DNA from: Eledone cirrhosa
Lineage: Eukaryota
Direction: 5' to 3'
Assembly (NCBI GenBank): GCA_964016885.1
Contig: OZ024750.1
Coordinates: 46,996,001 to 47,060,000 of the forward strand
DNA length: 64,000 nucleotides
Shown here one piece after another: positions 15,554 to 32,621 of the stretch (its first letter is position 1; every line of letters starts with the position of its first letter). The translations under genes and the position numbers were made by a program. The notes under the pieces were generated by a model. That model saw only the letters and a list, made by a program, of their open reading frames with translations, was not told the origin of the DNA and made no database searches.

Positions 15554-16420
15554 TCATGAATAATTAAACTACCCTAAAAGCTAATGCTCCAAATATATCG
15601 AATTAAATTTTACACTAGATAAACTTCTATATTAAATATAAGAACATATGTAGACCAAATGGGTATCCTAAACTTTTAGAATGACTTCTGCAGGACAGGA
15701 TTTGGTAAACAATTTTTGTTTTATCTGTTTCGACTCTGATGCTTATGATGAACTTGGCAATATATTGTCAATTAACTTTGAAAGGCTGATCTCTGTGGCC
15801 GATTTGCGTGGCATACTATGTTTTATTTTTATTATTTTTTAATATTTTGTAATATTTTTTATTTTTAATATTAAATGTTTTAGTTTTCTGTTTATTTATT
15901 TATTTATTTTCTTGTCTCTGATATTTTTATTTTTATTTTTATTTTTATTTTTATTAATATATTGAAATCTGTTCTCTATTTCTGCTTGATCGACAATCAT
16001 GTAGAGTAAAGACAAGAATAGTATTGTTAAAATGAATATAGACTCTATATATATGTGTATATATACACACATATATGTATACTTGAATTTTTATAGCACA
16101 ATGAGAATGTTTTCGTGTGAATTGGGAGTTTGTTTATAATTATGATATAAACATGAATTTTTAAAAACTAGACATAAGATCATTACTTTTCACACATTAT
16201 AGATACATGTCTCATTCATGAATACTGATATTTACATTATAATGCCTGTTTTATACGAACTAATATTTTCTACAGGATAAAACATAGCGTTTTTAAATTC
16301 TGCCTCGTTTATGTCTGGTTATTTTTCATTTTCTCTTTTTCATTTTCTCTTTTTTCTCTCTATATAACGGCTATTTTCTCTCTTAACTACATACATCTCT
16401 CTTTACATTAATACTAGAGC

Positions 16421-16455
<35 letters not shown>

Positions 16456-16715
16456 ATGTATCAACCGATACTCAACTTCCTAGTTTCTCTATCTATCTCT
16501 ATCTATCTCTTTCTTTATTCCTCTCTCTATATATATTTCTCTCTGTTTCTTTACATGAAGTTCTTCTCTTTATCTATCTTTCTATATCTCTCTATTTAGT
16601 CACATGCATTTCTTCTCTTTCTTCGTTTCTCTTTCTTTCTTTCTCTCTTTCTTTTTAAAACTGTCCACAATATTTTTTACTGCCAAATCAACCTCCCAAA
16701 TGCAAGGTGATTGAA

Positions 16716-16863
16716 AGGTATGTCGTATCTATTTATTTATAAGACTGTTTATATTGTATTTTGTCTGAAGAAGGCATAACATATTGTTAATATGATATCC
16801 CTGAAATATATATAACGAAATAAATATGGTTTTATAAATATAGTTTCCATTTATTTAATATCA
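16716..16863 (+). mobile_element. Family A single arm with hammerhead (16757-16822)
   Basis: TATTTTGT CTGAAGA ... GAAA T ATAT ATA ACGAAATA; the 3' end abuts (TA)n at the same position as 12480. Confidence 0.85.
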
Positions 16864-16990
16864 TATACATATATATATATATATATATAAATATATATAT
16901 AAATATATATATATATAAATATATATATAAATATATATATATATAAATATATATATAAATATATGTATATATAAATATATATATAAATAT

Positions 16991-17133
<143 letters not shown>

Positions 17134-17148
17134 TATATATATATAAAT

Positions 17149-17182
<34 letters not shown>

Positions 17183-17218
17183 TATATATAATATAAATAT
17201 ATATATATATAGAGAGAG

Positions 17219-17253
<35 letters not shown>

Positions 17254-17296
17254 TACATATATATATATATAGAGATAAATATATATATATATAAAT

Positions 17297-17403
<107 letters not shown>

Positions 17404-17535
17404 TATATAGATATAATTTATAGATATAGTAACAATTCTCAAAGAAAAGTATAGAAGTAGAATGATATTATGTAACTACCAGTTGTTTTGGTTTTATTAA
17501 AAGGAATATTTCAATACGTTTATATCATATATATT

Positions 17536-17712
17536 TCTTTCTACTGTTGGCACAAGGCCATCAATTATCCCAGTGTTACTTTATTTTATCGACCCTGTAA
17601 GGATGAAAGGCAAAGTTAACCTCGGCGGAATTTGAAATCAGACAATAAAGGGCCGTAAATCTATGCTGCAAAGCATGGCATCAGACCCTCTATCGATACT
17701 GTCAATCCACCA
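17536..17712 (-). mobile_element. SINE family 1
   Basis: Reverse complement of family 1. Confidence 0.88.
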
Positions 17713-18429
17713 ATGTTCAGAAGAAAGAAATATGGTAGCATAGAAAACTATTTATAGTTATAAATGGAGAGCAAATACAAACCAGCGTAATGGGAAAATG
17801 TTATATCTATCATAAAAAAAACTGTTATCCCATACATATATTTTGAATGAAATATGACTCCCAATCATTCGAAATGTTGTGTTCCCAAAGTCTATCTATA
17901 GCTTTAGATATATTGCTATACAGTCATATTCAATTTCCTCGGAAAGATAAAGAATTTCTGGTGATTTTTGTCACTGAAATATCGACATTACCTTTAGCTG
18001 AGATGTGTATATAAATCATGTATGTTAAGTTCAGAACTTCTTTAGATATAAAAACAAAAATTCGGGGTTTGTATATTTCCCATTGGTCGAATATTGACAT
18101 CTTACTAACTTTAGTAGGATAAAGAAAAAAAGATAAACTGTCTTATTTTACTTCGAGTGAACGGAGACAAGTCATGGAAAATAATAACCTTTGAATTTTG
18201 ATCCTAGGATTCAGTAAACCAGTTTTGAATAGACTCCTATTTCACATTGCATATAAAATTAATATAATAATTAATATACTATAGGATACATCCTGAAATA
18301 CACATATTCAGGTTAGCATGTCATTGTCCCAGTAAATTTATTCACACAGAATATATGCTCATATATTATGAGACTTCCCCTACCCATGTATATACACATA
18401 GCTGCACACGAATTGTACAGGAATTCATT

Positions 18430-18532
<103 letters not shown>

Positions 18533-18632
18533 CAAAGGAATTGTGGTAAAGAACGAGATGGACCCAAATGCACCAGAGCTCTCAATACCTAGGGTAGTAG
18601 AGTGGGATATAGAGGTCATACCTTTTCCTATT

Positions 18633-18667
<35 letters not shown>

Positions 18668-19171
18668 GAGAGAGAGAGAGAGAGAAATCTAAAAACTAAA
18701 GCAGTTGCTATATTTAGTTGGTATTGCCTTTTCGGCCAATGCTATATATAGTTAACTGGGGTGTGGGTACTGAGGCTGCCTTAGCCCGATGGGCTGCCTC
18801 GAAGTAGGCGAAAGAGGAAAAAGGAAAATGAAGAGGAGAGGGAGTGGATGGAAGTGGTAGGAAGAGATAAAGGGAAGAAGAAAATAAAAAAAGGAAACGA
18901 AAATAAGTCCATCTACCTATATTAGCTGGGGTTTCCCCTATCTTGTTCAGCAAGTGGGGAAAATGAGGATCTAGCAGCCATTGTCTATCCACCAGGGTCA
19001 TTAGGGGGTTTGAGGGCGAGATAATTCCTACGCAATCGGTGTTTACATGCAGTTATATATATATATATATATTTTTTTTTTTTTTAGATGCAGTTATATA
19101 TATATATCAGGTATATATATATATATATATTTACATGCAGTCATATATATATATATATATACATACCTGAT

Positions 19172-19222
19172 ATATTCCTGATGATTTCTAAAGTATGAAA
19201 CAGTTCTAGCTCTGTAGAATAT
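19172..19222 (+). ncRNA. Isolated type I hammerhead between TA tracts; stem II decayed
   Basis: ATATTC CTGATGA tttctaaagtat GAAA CAG ttctagct CTG TA GAATAT: 6-bp stem I, 3-bp stem III, GUA triplet. Confidence 0.6.
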
Positions 19223-19262
19223 CATCTATATTAAAACATATATATATATACACACACACATA

Positions 19263-19408
<146 letters not shown>

Positions 19409-19455
19409 ACATGCAGTTATATATATATATAAATATATATATATATTTACATGCA

Positions 19456-19516
<61 letters not shown>

Positions 19517-19530
19517 ATATATATATATAT

Positions 19531-19790
19531 AAATCACTCCAATATATAATCGGCTCCAATCACTCCCTCAGGCAACTTTACCCACCACCACCTCCCACCT
19601 ACTGCCATGAAAGGTTTAATTGTATTTACAAGAGATTTTGACCAATCCTTTCGACAACTACAATCTTCCCATATAAAGAATTACCACTTGAAACTTTTGG
19701 CTACTTATTTACCACGCTAACAATTCTAATTTAGTCCAGAATTAGCCGTCGAAACGGCCTGTGCTCTGTCGTCGGGGTTAAACATTTTGC
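19531..19790 (+). mobile_element. Family C TA-embedded element arm; its tail piece lies at 18531-18628
   Basis: 3' part CAGAATTAGCCGTCGAAAC...GTCGGGGTTAAACAT matches the arms of 27927-28117. Confidence 0.6.
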
Positions 19791-20823
19791 TATATATATA
19801 TATACATATATTTGCGTGTGTATGTGTGTGTGAGTCTAGGGAACATTATCGCTAATCTGAAGTCTGTGTTCATCTGTTTGGTTTTCATCACAACAAGCCC
19901 TGGAATCACAGTATATCCACTAGAATAATACAAGTTGTATAATGAGATCGATTATATTCTATGTGTTACCAAATATTTAAATCATTGTTACTTGCACTTT
20001 TGACAAACAAGAAATAACATAAGACCAAGCAGAATAAATTTCTATAATGTACACTCTTCGAAAATCTGCAAATATAATTTCAAGATTCCGAACCACATCA
20101 TAACATGGAATATGTTAATTATAGAAGTTATAATCTGCGTCAGGTTTCTCGACTTATAAACTGTCCTTGTTGCATCAAACATATTCACAAATTGATATGT
20201 TAATTATAGTGTTTATAATCATCCTTGTTAGATGCTTTATAATGCCGTAGCTTTGCGCATAAGATACTGAACATACATCCAGCTAATATACTATACAAAG
20301 TATTCAGCTTCGGGCTTTCATTGTATTTCATTTCTCATTGAACTCGTTCCTTAGATCATTCATGCAGATTTTCCCAATACGATATATTATCATAATGAGA
20401 ACTAGGAGAGCTGGTAAAACTAATCTTTTAATGTCGCAACAAAGAGGATGTGATGAAACAACAAACCTTAGACATCTCATCGAGTTGAAATTTGCTGATA
20501 TAGCAGGGACATAGAACATTTAAATACGTTTCAATAGATTAATCTAAAACTAATGTTGCCTAACATTCACTTCACAAGCTTATTCAAATTACAGAAAATA
20601 ATAATATATAAAAATGTGTGTGTGAGTGGGTGTGTGTGGAGAGAGAGAGAGAGAGATAGAGATAGATAGAGAGAGGGAGGGAGAGAGTGAATATAGTAGT
20701 GATCATGTCTCGTTAGGGGAGATCGAAGACTAAGTCAGCATGTGTGTGCATGCGACACACACAACTGTTCATGTGAGCAAGCACATTCATATACATAATT
20801 TATTTATATACATATATATATAT

Positions 20824-20941
<118 letters not shown>

Positions 20942-20951
20942 GTGGTTGTGA

Positions 20952-21005
<54 letters not shown>

Positions 21006-21029
21006 ATATATATATAAATCTAAAGTCTG

Positions 21030-21462
<433 letters not shown>

Positions 21463-21507
21463 TATATATATATATATAATATATAAATTATATATATAAA
21501 TAATATA

Positions 21508-21550
<43 letters not shown>

Positions 21551-21626
21551 TATATATATATATATAATATATAAATTATATATATAAATAATATATATAT
21601 ATTATATATAGATATATAGATATAAA

Positions 21627-21815
21627 GGGCGGTGGATTGGCAGTATCGGTAGAGGATCGGACGCCATGCTTTCCAGCATAGTTACGTCCCTTTACGATCT
21701 GAGTTCAAATCCCGCCGAGGTTGACTTTGCCTTTCATCCTTACGGGGGTCGATAAAATAAAGTACCAGTAATGCACTGGGTAATTGCTGGCCTTGTGCCT
21801 AAAGTAGAAACAATT
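21627..21815 (+). mobile_element. SINE family 1, full length, in a TA tract
   Basis: Near-consensus copy. Confidence 0.93.
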
Positions 21816-21832
21816 ATATATAGATATATTAT

Positions 21833-23286
<1,454 letters not shown>

Positions 23287-23584
23287 TCAACACAATAAAG
23301 TCTATATATAAGATAAGAGTTTACTACAATGACTGCTATCCGAGCTCTGCATAACCAAGAAGTAATAATCCTTTATATTATCTATTCTCCTTTAAAAAAA
23401 TGTGACCATCATTTCCATGGCATGATTCATAATTCTATTATTTGAGAGAAACACATCGTTTACAGAAATCTTTTATATTTCTCAGTTTATGTTGTGGGTT
23501 TGCTTTGTTGTATTTGAAACAGAAGTCCTTGATTCGTTGTGTGTGTATATATATATGTATGTGTGTTTGGTGTGTGTGTGTGTT

Positions 23585-23641
<57 letters not shown>

Positions 23642-24892
23642 TATATATATTCGTGTGTGTATATTTGTTTATTCCATTCTTATAAAACTAAGATAATAGT
23701 TTCTAGTGTTGACACTTGGTTTTTATATATTTTTCTATACATGTCATTGTTTCAATCGTGTTTCATATCACATACCAAGGAGGTATTGTATTTCACATTT
23801 AGAGAATTCACCCTATATTTTTCCCTACATTTTTCCTCAATTATTTTTAAACAATCATTTCCAAACGTTCTTTTAACCATTTAACTGCAAATGTTGAAAA
23901 TAATTATAAAATAGCATTAATCTCCTTTTATTAAGCTGGTATTTGAAATCTGTTTTAACATTGTTCTTTAACTGAAATTATGATAGACTTCTTTTATAAT
24001 TCAAAAGCAATATGGTGTTGGACAGAACGAAGGAGAGACACAAAATAAGAAATCAGTCACTGAGGAGGTCATATAATGTGTGAACTTGACAATATATGAA
24101 AAAACATCCAGCCGGAAATTTATAATACATTTAAGCGTAAATCAACAGGTGCTTATGTTTTTAGTGGCAGCACAACCCTCCCCAAGTATAACAATATATT
24201 TACATAGACTTTAAAACAAACAATTCTGTGAACGTAGAAATAGATGTTTCAAGATGTTTCAATTTTTTTGTAGTGATATAAGCGTGTGCTTTAGGATAGG
24301 TAGGGTAAACATGTATGTTGTTAGAGTCCGGCTGTAAATCAATGACTCAAAAAGCCTTGTTTAACATATGTTAGTATGTAAAAGCCAACGTAAAAAGAAT
24401 GACGATATCAAATTATATCTATTGTTTCCTTTACAAAATGCATATAGTGTCCATTTCAATTCTCATACGATTTATACAACCGTACACATAGTCATGACAT
24501 GTATTTAAACTTTCTCACCAGCCAAGATAAAAAAAAAAAAACACTAGAATAGTAGGAACTACCGATAAAGGAAAAGGATAAGACAGATAAAATAATTCAA
24601 AGGGAGAGATGTCGACTGATAATGCTTTCGATATTTTCCAAATATAAGTTGTTAGGAAAGCAAAAAGTCTGAAGCGAGGTGTGAGGCAAGAAACTGTCAG
24701 AATATAATTTCGGATTACATTTAGGAATAGCAATTGTAAAAAATACAACTGCAGATATGGTGACACATACGACGAGGCAATAAAAAAATTTCCTGAGAAT
24801 TATTTCCAAGAAAATAGTTGCAGAATTTACACACAGTCAACATTTCGAAAACGAGAAAATGATTGAAGCGAACAGTATAAGTTAGAAACCAT

Positions 24893-25080
24893 TATTGTTT
24901 CTACTTTAGGCACAATGCCAGCAAATTACTCAGTACATTACTGGTACTTTATTTTATCGACCCCGTAAGGATGAAAGGCAATGTTAACCTCGGCGGGATT
25001 TGAACTCAGAATGTAAAGGGACGTAACTATGCTAGAAAGCATGGCATCCAACCCTCTACCAATACGGCCAATTCACCTCC
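24893..25080 (-). mobile_element. SINE family 1
   Basis: Reverse complement, full length. Confidence 0.9.
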
Positions 25081-25299
25081 CTCAGATTTTAATCACACTT
25101 TCAATGTGCGCAGCAGAAGCACCACATCAAATGGGCAAACAGTACTCAATATATGGACAAAGGATAGGGTGATAACATATAAGAACATTTCAGATGTGAA
25201 GAAATTCTCTGGTAAGATAGAGCGAACCATGCTTCTGGACACCAGACTTGACAATGGACACGATATAATAATTTCCCGATCAAATCAGAGGAATATCTA

Positions 25300-25860
25300 A
25301 AGGAAAGAAGACGTAATGAGCAGTTCTGTTGGAGATTAAGAGCCGCCATACTAATGGGAGGGATATGTGATTCTCTATGTTGATTAATATATAGCAGTTT
25401 CGTCTGAAATTCATTATATTCAGGATTACAAGCCTAGACAATGGTCTATCGAAAGTTATATTCAGGATTACATAGCAATTCGCATGCATGGAGCACAACA
25501 GACCTAACATTAAGACAACTATAAAGACGTTTCATCAGTGTGGATAACATTCTGATGAAATATATATTAGGGAAAATGATTGATAAAAGTTAAGAACATT
25601 ATAGGACCCAGGATTGAGCCTTCGCTGAATCGTGTATCAATCTAGAAATCCCTAGAAGACTGCTTAGTTATGACAATCTTCACTTCACGATATGAGAAAA
25701 AAGTCAAATATTGAAGTTGATAATCCGTGCAGAAACACAATAACTCTTCATTTATGAAGACACCCAGCGTGACAAACCCTGTCTAAATCCTTTGAAATTC
25801 GTAATGCAAATACTTAATTATTCCAGAGCAAGATAGAATATTTTAACAATAACGGGTAAG
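25300..25860 (-). pseudogene. Highly decayed LINE (CR1/L2-like) RT fragment
   Basis: Minus strand near 25625-25520 translates EGSILGPIMFLTFIN..(HTDETSL), resembling QGSILGP..YADD. Confidence 0.5.
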
Positions 25861-26404
25861 ACGTCATTTATATCATTGATATCATGATTTCCTCTCTCCC
25901 AATCACTATAGCATTTGATTAGCAATCTTAAATAAAGGAAGCCTATGGCTTAAGATGTTGGCTTCGGTTTAGTGCCATTGGCAAGTGACCTGGGAAGTTC
26001 ACGTCCACTTTAGCTTAATTTCGCTAACACCACGCGAATGAATCGTTTTAGACAGAAGATAAGCGTATGTGTGCATGTGTGTGTGAGACAGACTGTATAT
26101 ATGCTGGTCGTGTTGATGTTTACGTTTATGCATGTGTCTTCATTTATGAACGGTTATCCATTGGTTTGACAAAACAAGATCGTTAATGTAAGAACTGGAT
26201 TTGATGTGCACCACTAAATAAAGAATATCAACGAACAAGCCAATCCAACTAATGAGACAGGTAGATAGTAAACGATAACCTTTTCTAAATCCCCCCCTCC
26301 CAAAAAAAAAACCCCACCCCCACCACCACCACCACCAATTAATGAATATATATCTCAGAAACACATTTCCTAACACTAAGCAAGTAGTAATATAACATAT
26401 AACT

Positions 26405-26919
26405 TTTGAGTATATTTTGGATGTTTACCGACACCTCAGTATGCAGATTGGAGCACTCGACGAAGTACGCAGGTTGGTTTGTTTACTCCGGAGTAATGTA
26501 AAATAATTAAGTGAAATATGTAAAATTTGGCTTCGTTTATTATGAATTATAGATATACTGCTATATATATTTCGGTGACAGCCATCATTGGCTGTGAACT
26601 CTTCAGGTAGTCCGGATTGGTGTGGGAAAGACAGGTACACATGTTGTTGAAGTGTATTTTACTCCGTCACTACATCGATATGTCCAGCTCCTGGTTGTGT
26701 TCTTATTTCTCTGAGGAACTGAAATCAGAGAAATAACAACACAACCAGCAGCTGGACATATCGATGTATTGACGGAGTAAAACACACTTCCACAACATGT
26801 GTACCTGCCTTTCTCACACCAATTCGGACTGCCCGAAGAGGTCACAGCCAATGATGGTTGTCGCCGAAATATATATAGCAGTATATCTATAATTCATAAT
26901 AAACGAAGCAACATTTTAC

Positions 26920-26928
<9 letters not shown>
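26405..26928. mobile_element. Family F: head-to-head palindromic hammerhead element
   Basis: Arms ~26514-26714 and 26725-26925 with a tail on the left arm. Hammerheads at 26828-26882 (+: ACTGC CCGAAGA..GAAA T ATAT ATA GCAGT) and 26557-26611 (-: CTGAAGA core). Confidence 0.87.
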
Positions 26929-26953
<25 letters not shown>

Positions 26954-27239
26954 GGTAGAACACTGGATGGTAATATCCGTAGTGGTAGGGCACTCAGTCC
27001 ATGGGACGAGTTTCGTAGAAGTAGTACCACAACAGTTAGTTCAACATACCCGTATGGTGAACTGACTGTTGTGTATATACATGCGTGTATATATATATAT
27101 ATATATATATAAAGGTAAGGCAAATAACAACTCAGGTCACGAATGACCATGGGATTTGTGCCGAACAAGTCTGTTCAAGGTTGATTTTTTGGAGGACCAA
27201 CATTTGCCTATGCATAAGTTCTCCCCTTTATATGCCAAA

Positions 27240-27435
27240 AATATTGTCGAAGGGAAAAACAAAGGCCGATAAACCTCGCCACCAGTAATATCGCGGCTCA
27301 TTTCTACTACTGAGTAAACAGGAGCTACGTGAAATAAAGTGCTTTATTCAAGGATACAAGCATCAGGCTGTCCGAGAAAAGATCTTACATCATCATTGCA
27401 AGACAAACGTTTTAACCACTAAGCCATGTGCCTTC
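27240..27435 (-). mobile_element. Decayed tRNA-derived SINE (family 2/3-like)
   Basis: AACCACTAAGCCATGTGCCTTC head in reverse; CTCATTT..CTGAGTAAAC..GTGAAATAAAGTG core. Confidence 0.55.
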
Positions 27436-27926
27436 ATATATAGAGTGCGGAAACTGATATACTTACGAAGGCTAAAACAATGCAAAATGGACGGTAAAAT
27501 AAGGGCAACGAAAAAGTTAGTTACTTGTTTTTTGTGCTAATATTTCGGGACTTCGTTAGAGTACAGGGAACTCTCACAGAAAAGCGTTCGGATCTATTCT
27601 CTTTAGGAGACTCTAAGAGAAAAAAATCTCCAGTCTATTTGCGTTGAAAGTAGATTTTAATTTAAATCTAATTTCAAAGCGATTAGATTTGAACGCCTTT
27701 CTCTGAAATTTCCCTAAACCCTGACGAAGGGAATTTTATATACCATAATAAAATATGACCAGGTAACTAACTGTTCCATTGCGATATTCGTACCGTACAA
27801 GTTGCATTATTTTAGCCTTCTTACATATATCACATTTCACATCATTCAAAATATACAATGATTCAAGCAAACTACAGCATTTTATTGTGCGGATATATAG
27901 ATATATATATATATATATATATATAT

Positions 27927-28117
27927 AAAGGAAGTGTGGGAGGGAACCTGATGGACCATAACGCCCCAGAGTACTCAATACTTAGGGTTGTAGAGTGGGT
28001 AAAAGGAATATGTTTAACCCCGACGCCAGTGCTAAAGCCGTATTGACGGCTATTTCTGGACTCAGAAATAGCCGTCGAAACAGCTTAAGCTCTGCAGTCG
28101 GGATTAAATATGTTCCT
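27927..28117. mobile_element. Family C short palindrome with tail
   Basis: Imperfect arms ~28004-28058 and 28061-28117; the tail matches 18533-18607; TA on both flanks. Confidence 0.72.
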
Positions 28118-28128
28118 ATATATATATA

Positions 28129-28630
28129 GTTGAAAGGACTTGACTGCTGTGTCTAGTTGTCGATAACCCTATTCACGCCACCGGAACGAAGCTGGTATAA
28201 TGTGTGTATTTTTAGTAAATACAGCACGTGTTACTAGCCAGTCGCTGATTTGATGCGTAAACACAGATGGTTGGACCTCTTCCTTGTTGAAAATACAGGA
28301 TCTGGCTTCTGTCGTGTACCAATCAATTAATTCGTGAATGATATTTCTTTAATGGAATATATACAAGGAAGATTAATAATTTTACAAGGTATCTATTTTT
28401 GAAGCTCTAGTTAAACTTTATTTAGTTACCTACCTAACTATATGTGCTTACACACTTTTACAGATTATCCCCTGTGATTGTTTCATATGTTTATTTATAG
28501 GTCAATCAAATTTTAGTTGATATAAAATGCTCGGATCTATTCATTAGAATCTTGGAGCATATTTTACGGGTGATTAGGCGCATGTCTTTCGGCCATGACA
28601 CCCTTAATTTAATTTAATTTATCTTAATTT
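28129..28630 (+). mobile_element. Family G single arm
   Basis: Homologous to 43860-44170 (direct) and 43495-43860 (inverted); TA on both flanks. Confidence 0.78.
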
Positions 28631-28639
28631 TGAATATAC

Positions 28640-28784
<145 letters not shown>

Positions 28785-29898
28785 CCGTTACCGTACCGAT
28801 GGCTGGTGCGGCCTGTTCTCGTTTTACGAGAAGAGATGTCAATAGATTGTTGGTTTAGCGTAATTTGTGTGTGTAATCGTATTAAGTCAAATTACTAATT
28901 TTACAGGCTTTACATATTGTCGCTGTAACTACACCACTTGCATTCTTGTCACCACTATCCACACCAAATATATTGTCAAAGGGAGATGTAAAGACCGTTA
29001 TAGCCCGGGAACAGAGATGTCCCAAGTAACCTATACAGCTGTGTGAAGTGGAGGTACCTCAAATATATAGTGTTCACCTAGAATACAAAGTAACACTCTA
29101 ACCGAAATTAAACTTACAACCTCCTGATTGCGAATCTCACGCTGCAACAACCCTTAAACCCTTCTCTATCTTTCTACATATATGTTTGTGTGTGTGAGTG
29201 ATTCAGTGAGATTGTCTGTAGATGTCTATATGTGCATACGCTCACACACATGCTCATGATTATCGGAGGTCATAATTATTTACAACTACAAATACAAATA
29301 CAATATTTATATTCTCTTAACTAAAAAAAATACAATCGTCCTTTGTATAATAACTACGTTACTGTGAAGAAAACTTAATAACCAGTCACGTTATTCTCAT
29401 TTATCTGCTGCTTACTGCTTGCTTAATGCATTCATCTTTTAACAATAAATACGTGTCCTTTAACGTGTTTTTTTCTATTTCTACCTCTACTTTTTCTCCC
29501 TCTTTTCTAAAGCTAAATCGATTCTTTATTTTAAATCTTCTCTTCTTCCTCACCTCCGTTGATAAAAGTCGAGAAAGAAATCTCTCATTGTAAAATAAGT
29601 TGTTTTAAAATTCCACGGATGATGAAAAAAGTATTTGTGTACATTTTTCATGTGAATAACATGAATATTTTACCAAATAAATAAATAATAATATAAATGT
29701 ATAAAAAATGATATCACAAGTTTTCCCTAAATCATTCTGTACGAATCGCTTGAAGACTTTTCTCTTGAACGCTTAAATGTATTATATGCTTTCTTCCTTT
29801 CTCTGTTTATCTTTTATTATTTTAAAATTTACAATGAAAGAATAAGAAATAGGTGGATAGCCATTATTGGAAAAAAGTCATTGTAAAATTGTAAGAAT

Positions 29899-29964
<66 letters not shown>

Positions 29965-30242
29965 TGTGTGTGTTTGTGTGTATGTGTACAGTAGAATTTG
30001 TAAGGAGCTATTTAAATATACAAACAAAATATATGCACAAATAAAGGCAATTTAAAACGAACACAATTTAGCCCTGAGTAAAAAGCGCTCTCCTGGCATT
30101 TAGTTATATCTGTTCTTGTAAACTACACCGATAACGATGACTCACTAACCATGTTTTTTGCCGAAACAAACGCTTAACACCGACGCTAAAAGAAAAGGCA
30201 AATACTGATGCAGGTCATTTTTTCCCCATGTGATTGGAAGTG

Positions 30243-30424
30243 AATTGGCAGTATCGGTAGAGGGTTGGATTTTGCTTTCCAGCATAGTTACGTCCCTTTA
30301 CGATCTGAGTTCAATTCCCGCCGAGGTTAACTTTGCCTTTCATCCTTACGGGGTCGATAAAATAAAGTACCAGTAATGTACTGCGATAATTGCTGGCCTT
30401 GTGCCAAAGAGTAGAAACAATTAT
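30243..30424 (+). mobile_element. SINE family 1
   Basis: Near full-length match to family 1. Confidence 0.9.
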
Positions 30425-32094
30425 TACGAGATAAAATCACTTGCTCAAGAATATAGATCAAGGCGGAGACCAGGAACCGAACTTAAGACCTTAGCATCGT
30501 GCACTCATCATTAGAACACGTGGTAATGTGTCATGAGAAAAAAATATAAAAGTGTCAAGTTCTATTTGAAACGAAGGCATTCAAAACAATTTTCGAATAG
30601 AAAAGGGAGGCACATTTATAAGAATTTTCAATCTGACAAACACATGCACATGCGTGCTTGTGTGTGCGTATGTGGATACGCGCTTGTCTGTGAATATGAT
30701 TTCCTTTTACGTGAGTCTAAATTATAAGATTTGTTATCCGAAACCATATAATGCCGGTTTATCATTTGTATGCATACATATAAATTCATTCTTTTGCTGC
30801 TTACATGAGCTTGCAGTTTCTACGACCCTATCTACTTTTATGTTGAAACATGAACGCGTCTCTCTATAAATCTTGGATCGTATAGTATCCATAAAAAGAA
30901 AATGATTGCAAAGATCAGTAAAAAAATACAAACAGCAATAGCATAGAATTCAGCTGTTCTTTAAAAAGAAAATAGATGTGTGTAGAGCATATAAATATTG
31001 AAAGCTGAAGCCAAAAGAACCAGTAAATATATACATTTATTAGAACTAACCCTTGCAGTAATGCATTCGATGTTTGTGTGAAACATTAAAAGATGTTCCA
31101 TTAGGCGGTGTTAAAAAATATACATAATCTATTCTGCACAATACTCCCATTTTCCCTACAAATCCGAAAGTTTAGGAAATTATTTTGATTACACAAAAAG
31201 TGAAACAAAATATTACTGACATCGAATCTTCAGGAACCTTGAAGAATTATGTGAAATTTTGCTTTGAGATTTTTTTCGAAGATGAACAGAATTTTAAATG
31301 CATCAAATCACATGCCATTAATTGTTGCTGCCGTTAGGAGAATACGCTATAGAATACAAATATATATGCATGGATTAGCATGCCACCAAATAACATGTAC
31401 AAGCAAAGCGCAGGGTCGGCTGCTCTTCTTATTGTCAATTCTTTAGAACTCTAAATGATTACACTTGATTTTATTCGTATCGTCATTTTGCACTTTAAAT
31501 GAACTTTCTGAGAATGATTACATTTAGTTGAGTAAATTTAAACAAAAGTTAAATATCTAGGGAGCAAATATTGCAGTCGGCATTCGATTCCCAGGAAAGC
31601 TGTTTCGGCAGAATAATTTCAGCATCAGGTAAAATAGTTTACTGTATTTCGTTACGATGAGGTTAACTTTATATTTCCCTCTTCTGAAGGTAATACATTG
31701 AACAACCGCTAAAATAAAGGGTGTTGAGGCAATCAATTTCCCCTCATCCCACCACAGGTCGCTGGCCATGTGCCTAAATTATACATAGTTAGTAGGCTGA
31801 TGGATTGGCAGATTATGTACACAATCAGACAAAATCCCATAGCGGTATTTGATCTCTCCCTTGAGTTCAAATATAACCGAGATCCATGTTGTCTTTTATT
31901 CATTCAGAAACTGCGGACAATATAGGGTCCATATTATTTTAATTCTCTCCAGAATAAAACGAGATGCGATTTATCAGTTAAACCTTCATAACACACATAC
32001 AAGCCTTCATTTTATCAATGCATTTTATACATGAACGCACGCGCACACAGAACATACAAACACACACACACAGGCACACACACACACATACACT

Positions 32095-32225
<131 letters not shown>

Positions 32226-32526
32226 TCTCTTTGAAAATCTAGATGATATAATTCTTGAAACCTAAACATCAATTCATCCTAAGCTTATAAGCTTATATGA
32301 AATGATCGAATGAAGATTTGTGGACCAACAAGGGTTACTATAATCTCTTCGATCTCTAGGAAACATATGTAACCCGACAATCTGTGGATAACAGGAACTG
32401 AAGACCCATAGACTACATACTAAATAAGTTCAACCCAAGGACATAAATATAACTCATATGATGTTTAATTCATGTTGTATTGTAAAAACTATATCAATAC
32501 TGAAATATGTGTATGTATATGTATGC

Positions 32527-32616
<90 letters not shown>

Positions 32617-32621
<5 letters not shown>

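Noticed and set aside
27721-27735. CTGACGA (and CTGATGA at 44759) as hammerhead cores
   Set aside because: No downstream stem II-GAAA-NUH-stem I arrangement follows them.
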